The notes: generated by a model not told the origin, from the sequence alone. Shown: positions 30,764-40,424, numbered from the whole stretch's first letter. The stretch: DNA of 60,867 nucleotides, filler included, from 6 parts of 6 records of this genome joined end to end with filler, not necessarily neighbours in it; one strand, 5' to 3'. Made by a program: numbers and translations.

Positions 30764-31912
30764 TTAAACTCTGCTTTTGTAGAAAGAGCAGAAGCGATTT
30801 ATGCCTTCCCTGATTTGCTCGGTGTCAGCGCAGAAGGAGAAGCGGATGAATTTGTCGGAATCCTGGCCGAAGGTCAGGCCGGGCGCGGTGGCAACGCCTG
30901 TTTCCTTGAGCAGTTCCTTTGCGAATGTGTAGGAATCCATTCCTGCCTTGGACACGTTGGCCATGAGGTAGAAAGCCCCCTTGGGACGGGAGAACTCAAA
31001 GCCTTCTGCGGACAACTTGTCGAGGACGAGGTCCCGACGTTCGCGGTAAGCTTCGACCATTGTTCCGATGCAATCCTGAGGGCCGTTCAATGCGGCTTCT
31101 GCTGCCTTCTGAGAGACTGCGGAAGCGCAAGAAACGTAAGGCTCAAGGATTTTGTTCATCTGCGGAGCAACTTCGGACGGGGCGCTGTAGTAACCTACAC
31201 GCCAGCCTGTCATGGCATATGCCTTGGACACTCCATAGATGGAAATTACATTGCCATTGGGGTCGATATTCAGCGGGGAGTGGTGCTCTCCGTCAAACAC
31301 GATTTTGTCGTAGACTTCATCAGAAATGATGTAGATGTCGTGCTTTTTGGCAAATTCAACAAGCTTTTCAACGGTTTCCTTGGAGTACACACCGCCGGTA
31401 GGATTTGACGGAGTATTGATGAGCATGACCCGAGTGCGGGGCGTGATCAGTGGTTCCAAATCTTCGATGAGCGGCTCGAATCCGTTTTCTTCGCGCAGCG
31501 GGTAGAATACCGGGGTGCGCTCCATGGCGATGGTCTGCATGTAGTAGTTCGGCCAGCCCGGATCGGACAGCAGCACTTCGTCACCGGGATTGGTGACGGC
31601 CATCATGGCTTGAGCCAGAGCGAAAACGGAGCCGGGGGCAATGCCGATCTGGTCAATGCCAATTTCAGCACCATCTCTGGATATTTTATTGAGAGCAGCT
31701 TCGCGCAGTGAGAGAAGGCCATTGTTGGCGGTGTACTTGGTGAATCCGTCGTGGATCGCTTTGCAGGCGGCCTCTTTGATGTGATCCGGGGTCTGGAAGC
31801 CGGGCTCGCCGAGTTCCATGTGGATGACGTCTTCCATTCCCATGGCCAGATCCATGATGACACGGATTCCGGAACGGGGCATCTTGTTCAGGGATTCGCA
31901 GAGAGTCTTCAT
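30764..31912 (-). CDS. PLP-dependent class I/II aminotransferase-fold enzyme
   Basis: GEPGF, NTPSNPTG, SDEVY, SKAYAMTGWRVG. Confidence 0.93.
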   Translation of the reverse strand: MKTLCESLNKMPRSGIRVIMDLAMGMEDVIHMELGEPGFQTPDHIKEAACKAIHDGFTKYTANNGLLSLREAALNKISRDGAEIGIDQIGIAPGSVFALAQAMMAVTNPGDEVLLSDPGWPNYYMQTIAMERTPVFYPLREENGFEPLIEDLEPLITPRTRVMLINTPSNPTGGVYSKETVEKLVEFAKKHDIYIISDEVYDKIVFDGEHHSPLNIDPNGNVISIYGVSKAYAMTGWRVGYYSAPSEVAPQMNKILEPYVSCASAVSQKAAEAALNGPQDCIGTMVEAYRERRDLVLDKLSAEGFEFSRPKGAFYLMANVSKAGMDSYTFAKELLKETGVATAPGLTFGQDSDKFIRFSFCADTEQIREGINRFCSFYKSRV

Positions 31913-31936
31913 AATTTTTTCCTGTGATACTTATGG

Positions 31937-32962
31937 TTATCGTTGGTCTCGGCCAGCTGCACCATCGGCAAGGGCCTGTATTTCTTCTTTTGTTGCGCGG
32001 AGGAAGTCGCCGGGAATGGAGTGCTTTATAGCACCGGCCGCAACCGCGAAATCAATGGTTTCCTGAGAGTCGCCAGTCTTGTCGAGGGCATACAGAAAGC
32101 CTGTGGTGAAGGCATCTCCACCACCGATGCGGTCGACGATGTTTTTCATTTCAAAGACAGGGGAAGTCCACATTTCATCAGGTGTTGCAAGTATGGCGAC
32201 AGTGGACTGGTGATCAGCGGATTGTGTTCGGCGTACAGTGATGGCGATTTTTTTGATGTTAGGCCATTGTTCGAACACTTCATCGGCCATCGGGCGATAT
32301 GCAGACGGGTTGTCGTAGATATCGTTTTCGGCAACCCGAGCAGACAGGCCGAGGCAGGAATCGAAGTGGCCTTCGTTACCTACCAGCACATCCACATATT
32401 CCATCATGCGTCGGTATACGTCTACATGATTGAAGCCGTATTGCCAGAGTGCTGCACGAAGATTCAGGTCACATGAAACCGTCAGCCCCATTTCTTTGGC
32501 TGTTTTCATAGCTTCAAGGGTACAACGCATGGCTGTCTCTGAAATAGCGGGTGTGATGCCGGTGATGTGGAACCAGTCCCGATCAGCCAATAATTTACGC
32601 CAGTCGAAAGTTTTTGGTTCGGCTTTGGCAATGCAGGAGTCGGCTCGATCATAGACGACTTTGATAGGGCGCTGGTTGGCACCAGTTTCAACAAAGTACA
32701 ATCCGAGACGACCCTCGTGGTGGGCAATTTTTGAAACATCCACGCCGTGTTTCCGCAATTCGTCACGCACTGCGTTTCCGAGGTCATTTGTCGGAAGTGC
32801 GGTGATGAAGGAAACATCTTCATCCAGTCGTCCAAGACCAACTGCGACATTGGCCTCGGCTCCGGCCATGGTCACTTCAAGTGACGGCGTTTGAAAGAGT
32901 CTTTCATAGCCAGGGGCTTTGAGTCGCATCATGATTTCACCTAACATGGCATACCGTGTCAT
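31937..32962 (-). CDS. kdgK: PfkB-family sugar kinase, 2-keto-3-deoxygluconate kinase-like
   Basis: GEIMMRL, AGAEANVA, HITGITPAIS, DLNLRAALW, DRIGGGDAF, KHSIPGD. Confidence 0.85.
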   Translation of the reverse strand: MTRYAMLGEIMMRLKAPGYERLFQTPSLEVTMAGAEANVAVGLGRLDEDVSFITALPTNDLGNAVRDELRKHGVDVSKIAHHEGRLGLYFVETGANQRPIKVVYDRADSCIAKAEPKTFDWRKLLADRDWFHITGITPAISETAMRCTLEAMKTAKEMGLTVSCDLNLRAALWQYGFNHVDVYRRMMEYVDVLVGNEGHFDSCLGLSARVAENDIYDNPSAYRPMADEVFEQWPNIKKIAITVRRTQSADHQSTVAILATPDEMWTSPVFEMKNIVDRIGGGDAFTTGFLYALDKTGDSQETIDFAVAAGAIKHSIPGDFLRATKEEIQALADGAAGRDQR

Positions 32963-32971
32963 GGTTTCCTC

Positions 32972-33892
32972 CTACTGCTTTTCAATGAGTTGGATGGAAA
33001 TGCCGCCAGCGGTTTCAGCCATCCACGCAGAATTTGTTTTGGTATCGATAGCTTCGACCTTTTGGCCGTTGCTTTCAAGCCATGCGACTGCTCGTTGAAT
33101 GTTGTTGCACGCAATGCGGAGTGTGCCGGGGGCATCTCCTGTAGCAGAAAGCGGGGTGAAGCCGGGAACTGTTGACGGCGCAAATGCCATGGCAAGTGTG
33201 TCAAGCATTGTTGAGCCCGCATTGTCTGCGCCTGTGCCAATTTCTGCGCTGAGCAGTTCAAAACCATGAAGCAGAGCCATGGCTTCCTTGGCATTGCGGG
33301 TGATCTGTTCGAATTCACCAGCCTGAATGTACTTTTGTTTGGCGATCCATGTTCCACCTACAGCCAAAACGGAATTGCTTTTTGCATAGCTGGTGATGTT
33401 GTCGGGGCTGATGCCACCCAATGGTAGGAACTTAACACGTTCTTTGAACGGTGCTGCCATTGATGCCAATCCCTTCATGCCGCCTCTGGATTCAGCGGGG
33501 AAGAATTTGACGGCAGGTAAACCAGCTTCGAGTGCCAGTTCAATACCCGTGGGGCTGTCAATGCCGGGAATGATGAGGAAGTCGTTGTCAACACAATGGT
33601 ATACAACCCTGGAGTTGAAGCCTGGGGTAACTATATAACATGCACCGGCTTCTTTAACTTCTTCTACCTGCTCCGGGGTCAAAACTGTTCCAGCGCCAAC
33701 GAGCATGTCGGGATAGGCTTCCAGTACGGCTTTAATTGCATCGCAAGCGACATCTGTGCGGAGTGTGATTTCCATGGCGGCAATGCCACCATCTCTAAGG
33801 GCCTTGGCAACAGGCACAGCATCTTCAAGTCGTTCGATTTCGACGACCGGGAAGATGCCGGCGATTTGAATTGCTTTTAATATTTTTTGCAT
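32972..33892 (-). CDS. eda: KDPG/KHG aldolase with ~95-aa C-terminal extension
   Basis: EITLRT, GAGTVL, VTPG, VKFFPAE (Schiff-base Lys), PLGGI, GGTW. Confidence 0.9.
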   Translation of the reverse strand: MQKILKAIQIAGIFPVVEIERLEDAVPVAKALRDGGIAAMEITLRTDVACDAIKAVLEAYPDMLVGAGTVLTPEQVEEVKEAGACYIVTPGFNSRVVYHCVDNDFLIIPGIDSPTGIELALEAGLPAVKFFPAESRGGMKGLASMAAPFKERVKFLPLGGISPDNITSYAKSNSVLAVGGTWIAKQKYIQAGEFEQITRNAKEAMALLHGFELLSAEIGTGADNAGSTMLDTLAMAFAPSTVPGFTPLSATGDAPGTLRIACNNIQRAVAWLESNGQKVEAIDTKTNSAWMAETAGGISIQLIEKQ

Positions 33893-33915
33893 TGTATTTC
33901 CTTGTAGATGCTGGA

Positions 33916-34650
33916 TTAGTCGTGGGTAATTTGGTGCATGAACTGACGCGTGCGTTCATTCTGCGGATTATCAATGAGCTGGCTAGGTGCGCCTTCTTCG
34001 ACAATAACTCCGCCATCCATGAAGATCATTCTGTCAGCAGCTTTGCGGGCAAATCCCATTTCATGGGTGACGACGAGCATAGTCATGCCCGAGTTGCTGA
34101 GCTCATCCATGACATCAAGAATTCCACCGGTGAGTTCTGGGTCCAACGCAGATGTTGGTTCGTCGAACAGCATGACATGAGGATTCATGGCCAAGCCGCG
34201 AGCTATGGCTGCACGTTGTTGCTGGCCACCAGAGAGGTTGTCCGGGTAGACATCCACCTTGTCCACGATGCCGACTTTTTTCAGCAATGACTGTCCGATT
34301 TCACGGGCTTCATCCAATTCCTTGTTCAGGACCTTGGTCAAAGGCATAGTGATGTTTTCTATAATGGTCAGGTGCGGAAAAAGGTTGAAGCTTTGGAATA
34401 CCATGCCGACTCTGCGACGCAGGTCAAGCAGGTCTGTCTCTGGAGCGTGAACCGATGTCCCGTCGACTATAATTTCGCCTGCCTGAATTTTTTCAAGACC
34501 GTTAAGGCAACGGAGCAGGGTTGATTTGCCTGAGCCACTGGGACCGGCAAAGATGACGGTTTCTCCAGGTTCAACATCAAAGCCGACACCTCGGAGAACC
34601 TCAAGGGGACCAAAGCTTTTGTGAAGATTGTTAACTGATACTATAGGCAT
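33916..34650 (-). CDS. Polar amino acid ABC transporter ATP-binding protein
   Basis: GPSGSGKS, LSGGQQQR, DEPTSALDPEL. Start reassigned to MPIVSV after AAGGA. Confidence 0.93.
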   Translation of the reverse strand: MPIVSVNNLHKSFGPLEVLRGVGFDVEPGETVIFAGPSGSGKSTLLRCLNGLEKIQAGEIIVDGTSVHAPETDLLDLRRRVGMVFQSFNLFPHLTIIENITMPLTKVLNKELDEAREIGQSLLKKVGIVDKVDVYPDNLSGGQQQRAAIARGLAMNPHVMLFDEPTSALDPELTGGILDVMDELSNSGMTMLVVTHEMGFARKAADRMIFMDGGVIVEEGAPSQLIDNPQNERTRQFMHQITHD

Positions 34651-34666
34651 AATGTATTCCTTGAAA

Positions 34667-35326
34667 CTAAGTTGTCTTTTGTTTGAGCCGCTTTTCCAGA
34701 TTCGCTGAAAGGTGGAGAATCGGGTAGCAGAGCGCAAAGTAGAACACAGACAGAACCGCGAATGTAATCAGTGGTTCCATGTTGGACTGCATCTGAACTC
34801 GCGCTACGCGGGTCAACTCGGTTAAGGCGATGACGGAAACAACGGATGTGTCCTTGATGTGCAGGACAATTTGCCCGGAAAGAGGCGGTAGTGTCAGTTT
34901 AAAGGCCTGAGGAATGATGACATACCTCATGCGTTGGTATGTAGTCAGTGCCAGTACTTTTGCTGCTTCATGTTGAACCGTAGGGATTGACTGCAAGGCA
35001 CTGCGGATGATTTCAGAAACATATGCTCCTGAATGCATGGATAAAGCCAAGATGCCAGTTGTCAGTGCGGAAAGTCGCAGTCCAAAAAACGGTAGTACAT
35101 AGAACAGAAAGAACAAAATCATTAGGAAAGGCAGTCCCCGCATGAAGTCAACATAAATGCGAAGGATCTGTGACAGTACCGGTATTTTCAGGAATCTAAT
35201 CAGGCCAGTGATAATGCCAAAGAGTATGGCTACGACGAAGCCTGCGACGGCCAGAAGAAGGGTCGCTGGCAGCCCTCGTTCCGCAAGGAGAACGAAAAGA
35301 TTACCAGTCAATGAAAGTATATCCAT
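34667..35326 (-). CDS. Polar amino acid ABC permease
   Basis: RGLPFL, AYVSEIIRSALQSI...QHEAA, KDTS. Confidence 0.92.
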   Translation of the reverse strand: MDILSLTGNLFVLLAERGLPATLLLAVAGFVVAILFGIITGLIRFLKIPVLSQILRIYVDFMRGLPFLMILFFLFYVLPFFGLRLSALTTGILALSMHSGAYVSEIIRSALQSIPTVQHEAAKVLALTTYQRMRYVIIPQAFKLTLPPLSGQIVLHIKDTSVVSVIALTELTRVARVQMQSNMEPLITFAVLSVFYFALCYPILHLSANLEKRLKQKTT

Positions 35327-35330
35327 TATC

Positions 35331-35990
35331 TTACCATCTCCTCATGCGTTTTTCGAGGAACGAGGTCCCGTAGATAAGAGTCAGGATGATCACGAGGTAA
35401 AATGCCATTGCCGGAAGAAACGCTTCCATTGGGCGAAAGGTCACAGCTTGGGTAACGGCGGCAGCTTTGGTCAGGTCAACAACACCCATAACTGAAACAA
35501 GGGCGGAGTCTTTGACCAGATAAGATGCTTGTCCGATGAGCGGAGGAAAGATGTTTCGAAATGCCTGTGGCAAAATAACATATCGCATTTTTTGCGAATA
35601 CGACATTGCCAGACAATCAGCAGCTTCATATTGAGTTGTATGGATTGACTCGATGCCCGCTCGAATAATTTCGGCAGCATAGGCTCCAGAGTTGAGCATC
35701 AGAGCCATTACACCCACCAGAAAAGCTGGCAGTATAATACCGAATTCAGGCAGACCAAAAAAGAGAAAATACACTTGTACCAAAAGCGGTGTTGAGCGGA
35801 TGAACTCCACGTAAGCGGTTGCTGCTCGTTTCAGCCATGGCTTGTGTGAAAGGCGGGCCAATGCCACCAACACACCCCACACCACGGCGAGCACGATGCT
35901 GATAAGAGAAATGAGGATGGTATTTTGCAAGCCTGTCATAATATCAGGCATGTAATTGACCATCATCTGGTAGTTGAAATCGTAATTCAT
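35331..35990 (-). CDS. Polar amino acid ABC permease
   Basis: RSTPLLVQ, AYAAEIIRAGIESI...QYEAA, KDSAL. Confidence 0.92.
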   Translation of the reverse strand: MNYDFNYQMMVNYMPDIMTGLQNTILISLISIVLAVVWGVLVALARLSHKPWLKRAATAYVEFIRSTPLLVQVYFLFFGLPEFGIILPAFLVGVMALMLNSGAYAAEIIRAGIESIHTTQYEAADCLAMSYSQKMRYVILPQAFRNIFPPLIGQASYLVKDSALVSVMGVVDLTKAAAVTQAVTFRPMEAFLPAMAFYLVIILTLIYGTSFLEKRMRRW

Positions 35991-36013
35991 TATTTAGACC
36001 GTTTTAACAGGTG

Positions 36014-36044
36014 AAAAAACGGGGCAGGGATTTCCCCTGCCCCG
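36014..36044 (-). terminator. Intra-operonic stem-loop after the SBP gene
   Basis: CGGGGCAGGG/CCCTGCCCCG stem plus U6 on the minus strand. Such structures commonly bias expression toward the SBP. Confidence 0.65.
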
Positions 36045-36064
36045 ATGACATGTGTCATTATCGT

Positions 36065-36871
36065 CTACGGATGCATGTTCCAGTCGGCCTGCCAAGGCTT
36101 GCCGAGCCACTTCTCGTAGATTTCACCATATTCGCCAGTGCGCATGATGGTGGCGAAGAACAGGTCCAGCCAGTTCTTCATGCGGTAGGATTCGAAGTCC
36201 GGGCGAACTGCGTATGCGTAAGCATCAGGCTGGATGTTGCCTTCGAGCATAGCCAGACCCTTGACCTTTTTGGGGAAGCTCATGACGATGAGTTCATCAT
36301 TCAGAGCTGCATCGACACGGCCGTCTTTCAGTGCCTTGAGCTGGTCGCCATCCAGTTCATAGGTGACGAGTTCAGCGTTAGGAAGTTTCTTTTTAGCAAC
36401 GGTGGCACCGATAGCGCCAGCGATAGCACAGATTTTCACGCCGGGTTTGTTCAGGTCTTCCCAGGACTTGTAGCCTTTGCCGTCGCGGGCAACAGCGAAA
36501 GTTCCGGTCATGAGCCAAGGGTGAGCGAAAACGACTTTGGTAGCGCGTTCCATGGTAGCGGACATGCGAGCACCGATCAGATCGATACGCTGGGACAGCA
36601 GAGCAGGAATCAGGCCGCCCCATGCCATGTCTGCAACTTCAACTTCAACGCCCATGTACTCGCCGAGTTTGTTCATCAGATCGATTTCAAAACCTTCGGG
36701 CTCGCCTTTGTCGTTACGATAGGCAAAAGGTGGGGCAGCCAGAGTGGTGCCGATGACAATTTTGCCGTCGCTTTTGATTTTGTCCAGAAGATCGGTCTGG
36801 GCGGAAGCGACAGAACCGAGGCCGAAAGTCATGATGAGTGCCAAGGCAGACAGTAACCAGATTTTACGCAT
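36065..36871 (-). CDS. Amino acid ABC substrate-binding protein (family 3)
   Basis: Signal peptide MRKIWLL...ASA after AGGAGG; PPF, GFEIDL, MSATMER, IYEKWLG. Confidence 0.92.
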   Translation of the reverse strand: MRKIWLLSALALIMTFGLGSVASAQTDLLDKIKSDGKIVIGTTLAAPPFAYRNDKGEPEGFEIDLMNKLGEYMGVEVEVADMAWGGLIPALLSQRIDLIGARMSATMERATKVVFAHPWLMTGTFAVARDGKGYKSWEDLNKPGVKICAIAGAIGATVAKKKLPNAELVTYELDGDQLKALKDGRVDAALNDELIVMSFPKKVKGLAMLEGNIQPDAYAYAVRPDFESYRMKNWLDLFFATIMRTGEYGEIYEKWLGKPWQADWNMHP

Positions 36872-36955
36872 AGAATTCCTCCTGCTTTTGATGATTGAAC
36901 CGCAATTATTAAACCACACCTATTTTTTCATACGAGTCCGGTCGGACCGGCATGA

Positions 36956-37796
36956 TTAAATGATTTTTCCGAGAAGTGCGCGTTTTACCTTGTCCAGCCG
37001 GTCGAAGCCTTCTTCGTTCACGAGACGCATTGCAACAGCAACGAAGAGCGTGTCGAGTAGGGCAAGTTGCATGAGTCTGCCAGCTTTTGGGGCGAGACGA
37101 AGGGCTATTTCCCGAGAGGAAACGCACAGAGGGATATCACAATGATTGGCGACTTCAGAGTTCTTTTTGCCCAGAATACCGATGACCTTAGCGCCGGTTT
37201 TTTTTTGCAATTTCGGCGGATTCGATGATGTCTTTGGTGGCACCGGAGTGGGAGATGACGACCGCGACGGCTTTTTCGTCGAGCTGTGCTGCGCTCATGA
37301 CCTGCATGTGAGAGTCGTTGTAAGCGACACACGGGACGCCGAGACGGAAAAATTTATGATGTGCATCCAGCGCGATGACACCTGAGCCGCCCATGCCGTA
37401 GAATTCCCAACGGGTGGCGGCAACCATCGTGTCCACTGCATCTTCGAGCATCCGTCGGTCCATGCCTCGTTCGGTGCTACTTACAGCTTCAACCACAGAG
37501 CGCATGACATTAGTAAAGATGGAATTGACCGAGTCAGTTTCGGTGATGTCTTCAAGGACTGTCTTGTCGATAGGGTGTGCACTGGCCAGACGAAGCTTGA
37601 GCTCCATGAATCCTTTTAGACCCAGTTGTTTGCAAAAACGGACAACCGTTGGGTCACTTGTCTCGGCCAGAGTGGCTGCCTCGGAGATGGAGCCATTCAT
37701 AACGATGTCAGGTGATCTTAAAACAAGGTCTGCTACCTTTTGTTCAGATTTTCGCATTGTAGGCATTTCTGAACGAATTGTTTCAAAAATATCCAT
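36956..37796 (-). pseudogene. RpiR/MurR/HexR-family regulator (HTH + SIS), frameshifted at an A9 tract
   Basis: SDPTVVRFCKQLGLKGF and ISHSGATKD are in one frame; KKTGAKVIGI...LALLDTLFVAV continues in another. Removing one base from 37198-37206 gives a 279-aa protein. Confidence 0.85.
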
Positions 37797-37843
37797 GTAT
37801 TCCTCTTGATAAAGTCACTGTTTGACACTTTGGTCCGTCGTTC

Positions 37844-37879
37844 TTGTAAAATTACAACATTATTGCGGCATCGTGTCAA
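37844..37879 (-). promoter_or_regulatory. Sigma-70 promoter with an overlapping palindromic operator
   Basis: Minus strand TTGACA-N17-TGTAAT; the -10 lies inside TTGTAATTTTACAA. Confidence 0.6.
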
Positions 37880-38521
37880 TATGACTTTCTCTTTTTGGTT
37901 AATACGTATATAACGTTGAAATATATGCTTTATTTATATTTTAAAAAAGTTAGCAATACTACATGTCCTTCCGTGGAAGGGTGGTTTGTATTGCCTCGTA
38001 TCTTGTTTTTGATTTTTTTGTAGTTTTTCTTCATCGTGAATTTCGTGGAGTGCTTTTATTTTTCTTTACGTATTAAAACGATAGTTCGTTTTAAATGCTA
38101 GCAGATAGCTATTCTAATGATTCAACTGAGCTTAATTGGGATACCAATGTTTGGAGGGGATGCAGAAAGTGACGCTATTGGGAGAGCGGTCTGTTGGCGT
38201 ATGAAAGGTCCATTTTAAGCGGATTTTGGAGAAGTTTGAAAAGATGATCTATTCAGGGGATGTTGGGTGTGATTATCTGTTTTTTTTCTTGTAAACAGTA
38301 AATTTAAGTATGATTTCAATGAAGATAATAGCGGCAGGGATAGAAATGCCTCCACAAATAAAACCTTTCCAAAAAACAGGAAGTGTTGCCCACCAGTTCA
38401 TATCTTTATCCTGCGTAAGTTTGACTTAATTGCTTTTGTAAATTTTGAGTCACTGTTTTGTCTTTGTCAGAGCGCCTCGATAATCGCTCAAAATTATTTA
38501 TAAACTTTGCTTAAAAGTAAA

Positions 38522-38547
38522 GGGCTTATGTCACAAGACATAAGCCC
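38522..38547 (-). terminator. Hairpin downstream of the tRNA
   Basis: GGGCTTATGTC-ACAA-GACATAAGCCC. Confidence 0.7.
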
Positions 38548-38555
38548 ATAATTTC

Positions 38556-38578
38556 TGGTACCTGGGGCGGGATTTGAA
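38556..38578 (-). tRNA. 3' end of a tRNA, probably tRNA-Leu (cut by contig end)
   Basis: Minus strand TTCAAATCCCGCCCCAGGTACCA = T-loop, T-stem, acceptor strand, A, CCA. Confidence 0.75.
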
Positions 38579-38678
38579 NNNNNNNNNNNNNNNNNNNNNN
38601 NNNNNNNNNNNNNNNNNNNNNNTTAATTAATTAANNNNNNNNNNNNNNNNNNNNNNNNNNNNNNNNNNNNNNNNNNNN
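38579..38678. other. Artificial contig spacer
   Basis: N44-TTAATTAATTAA-N44. Confidence 0.98.
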
Positions 38679-39527
38679 GCCCACGATGGCCATGGCAAGA
38701 TAGGTGATGGAGTGATGCAGGGTGAAGGACTCGAACCCGACCCCACGGTACACGTATGCGTGCAGTGCCCCGGCCACACCGGCAAAAAAACCCGCCAATC
38801 CGAAGGCATACACTTTTGTTAGGCCGGGATGCATTCCCATGGCATCGGCCGCCCGATCGTTGTCCCGCACGGCACTCAAACAGCGCCCGTATCGGGTTCT
38901 AAGGAGGTTTCGCACCATAAGACCTGAAAGAATCACGACCACAAGGAGCACATAATACCAAAAGAGGTAGTGATCTTTTCTGCCCAGTTTGCCGGTGAAC
39001 CAGAAGACCCTGCTGATGGGGATGGTCTGGCCCTGGTTAAAAAATTCCAGGAAATTGATGGTCCATGAAAAGATCATCTGAAAGCTTAAGGTGGCGATGG
39101 CCAGGTAAAGGTGCTTCAAGCGCATGGCGGGCAGGCCGACGATGGCTCCGAAAATAGCTCCCATCAACCCGCTGAGAACAATCATCAGCGGCCAGGCATG
39201 GGTGATAAGAACGTGGCTGTCCCCCAGGGTTCTGGAAAAAGAGGCGAGGGTGTACGCACCGATACCCACAAACGCCGCATGACCGATGGATATCAAACCG
39301 GCAAACCCGGTTACGATATTAAGTCCGATGATCGCAACCATGGCAATGAGGATATTGTCCAATACGAGCATGTATTTATTGCTTAAGGTAAAAAGCATGG
39401 GCCAGGCAAAAAGCAGCAGCAGAAACAGGGTAAAGATGGTTCGGTCCAAATGGGTAAAAAAGATTCTCTGCTCATCCTGGTACGTCGTGAAATAGTTGCC
39501 TGTGGCTAACCAACGATTGGTTGACAT
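38679..39527 (-). CDS. Branched-chain amino acid-type ABC permease (LivM-like), 3' truncated
   Basis: GLNIVTGFAGLISIGHAAFVGIGAY, YLAIATL, AVRDNDRAADAMG. Confidence 0.92.
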
Positions 39528-39530
39528 GAT

Positions 39531-40424
39531 CTATACCCGTTCAATTTCATGAATGCCGAAGAGTCCGTGGGGCTTGAAAAGCAGTATGATTAACAAAATA
39601 ATGTAAGGCAAAACTTCAGCTGTGCCGTTTAACCCCCAGTTGCCGTCCAGGTAACCGCTGGCGAACTGCTGAATGATGCCCATAATGATTCCGGCCACAA
39701 CAGCACCTAAAATGGAGTCCAGGCCCCCTAAAATCACCACCGGAAAAACGGTAATCCCGAAGGCCTGCAACGTTTCGAAATTCAATCCGGTGATATTGCC
39801 GATAATGACCCCGGCAGCAGCGGCAGAGAGCCCTGCCGTGGCCCAGGCAAGGCCGAAAACCCGTGGTACGGAGATTCCGACGGACATGGAGGCGAACTGG
39901 TCATCGGAGACCGCTCGCATGGAGATCCCCACGGTGGACTTTTTAAAAAACCATGAGAATCCTCCGATCATGACGATTGTAACGATGACACCCACAAGTT
40001 GCGTCCAGGAGATGGACACACCGCCGAAAGAGATCAATGATTCGGGTAGGAATATGGGAAAGGAAAAATTTACCGATCCGAAAGGCGTCAGAAAAATCAA
40101 CCCGTCGATGATGGACATCAATCCAATCGTCACCATGATAACGGAGATGATGGGCTCACCGATCAAGCGACGCAAAAAAACCCTCTCCACACTCATGGAC
40201 AGGAAAAACGTGATCACCATGCTCAGTACGAAAGATATGTAAATCGGGATCCCCATCATACCGGTCAGCGCATAGGCGATGAACGCACCTGCGGCGATAA
40301 TTTGCCCGTGTGCAATATTTAGCACTTTGCTCGACTTGTAAATCAGGACAAAACCCAGTGCCGCCAGGGCATAGATAGACCCCACGACGATGCCGCTGAC
40401 GACCAATTGAAAGAAATAACTCAT
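39531..40424 (-). CDS. Branched-chain amino acid-type ABC permease (LivH-like)
   Basis: GSIYALAALGFVLIYK, MRAVSDD, VILGGLDS, KPHGLFG. Confidence 0.92.
   Translation of the reverse strand: MSYFFQLVVSGIVVGSIYALAALGFVLIYKSSKVLNIAHGQIIAAGAFIAYALTGMMGIPIYISFVLSMVITFFLSMSVERVFLRRLIGEPIISVIMVTIGLMSIIDGLIFLTPFGSVNFSFPIFLPESLISFGGVSISWTQLVGVIVTIVMIGGFSWFFKKSTVGISMRAVSDDQFASMSVGISVPRVFGLAWATAGLSAAAAGVIIGNITGLNFETLQAFGITVFPVVILGGLDSILGAVVAGIIMGIIQQFASGYLDGNWGLNGTAEVLPYIILLIILLFKPHGLFGIHEIERV

Noticed and set aside
37198-37206. Programmed -1 frameshift in rpiR
   Set aside because: Restoring the frame needs loss of one base (+1 shift), not -1, and RpiR proteins are not known to be recoded.
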